NCBI RefSeq assembly: GCF_036365525.1
Contig: NC_090404.1
Span: 8,308,001-8,372,000, forward strand
Origin: Heterodontus francisci
Lineage: Eukaryota
Direction of reading: 5' to 3'
DNA: 64,000 nt
The notes below the pieces were generated by a model that saw nothing but the letters and a program-made list of their open reading frames with translations, made no database searches and was not told where the DNA came from. A program made the position numbers and the translations under genes. Positions 63,911 to 64,000 of this stretch are shown in pieces; the stretch's first letter is position 1, and each line of letters starts with the position of its first letter.

Positions 63911-64000
63911 AAAAGTAGATGTGTAGAGATTGTCTGATAGGAACCTGCAGCAGATATTGCATTGGAGCGCTCAGTCTTTGTCTCACAGTGCCTCACTGCA

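Overview
Cartilaginous-fish (shark) genomic DNA from an antigen-receptor region. The left part (1-24.9 kb) is repeat-dense: HE1-type SINEs, CR1- and RTE-clade LINE fragments, and a family of 27/54-bp minisatellites arranged in opposite orientations. At 25.1-29.1 kb lies the 3' end of an IgNAR heavy-chain gene on the + strand: the last C exon, a secretory tail carrying a 2-nt frameshift, and intact TM1/TM2 exons. No upstream IgNAR C exon is recognisable in the preceding 25 kb. A decayed ~6.4-kb Tx1-type retrotransposon follows, then a dense cluster of lymphoid transcription-factor motifs (candidate enhancer) and a strong CTCF motif. From 41.4 kb to ~62.6 kb is an array of TCR alpha/delta-type V segments in both orientations: 4 apparently intact, 1 open but lacking both Cys, and several pseudogenes, with 23(24)-bp RSSs. 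The most notable signals are (i) IgNAR lying ~12 kb from TCR V genes, (ii) a conserved RSS + CTCF-motif cassette on several V segments that appears to have been exchanged between V families, and (iii) a possibly membrane-only IgNAR. All calls were made by eye, without database searches.
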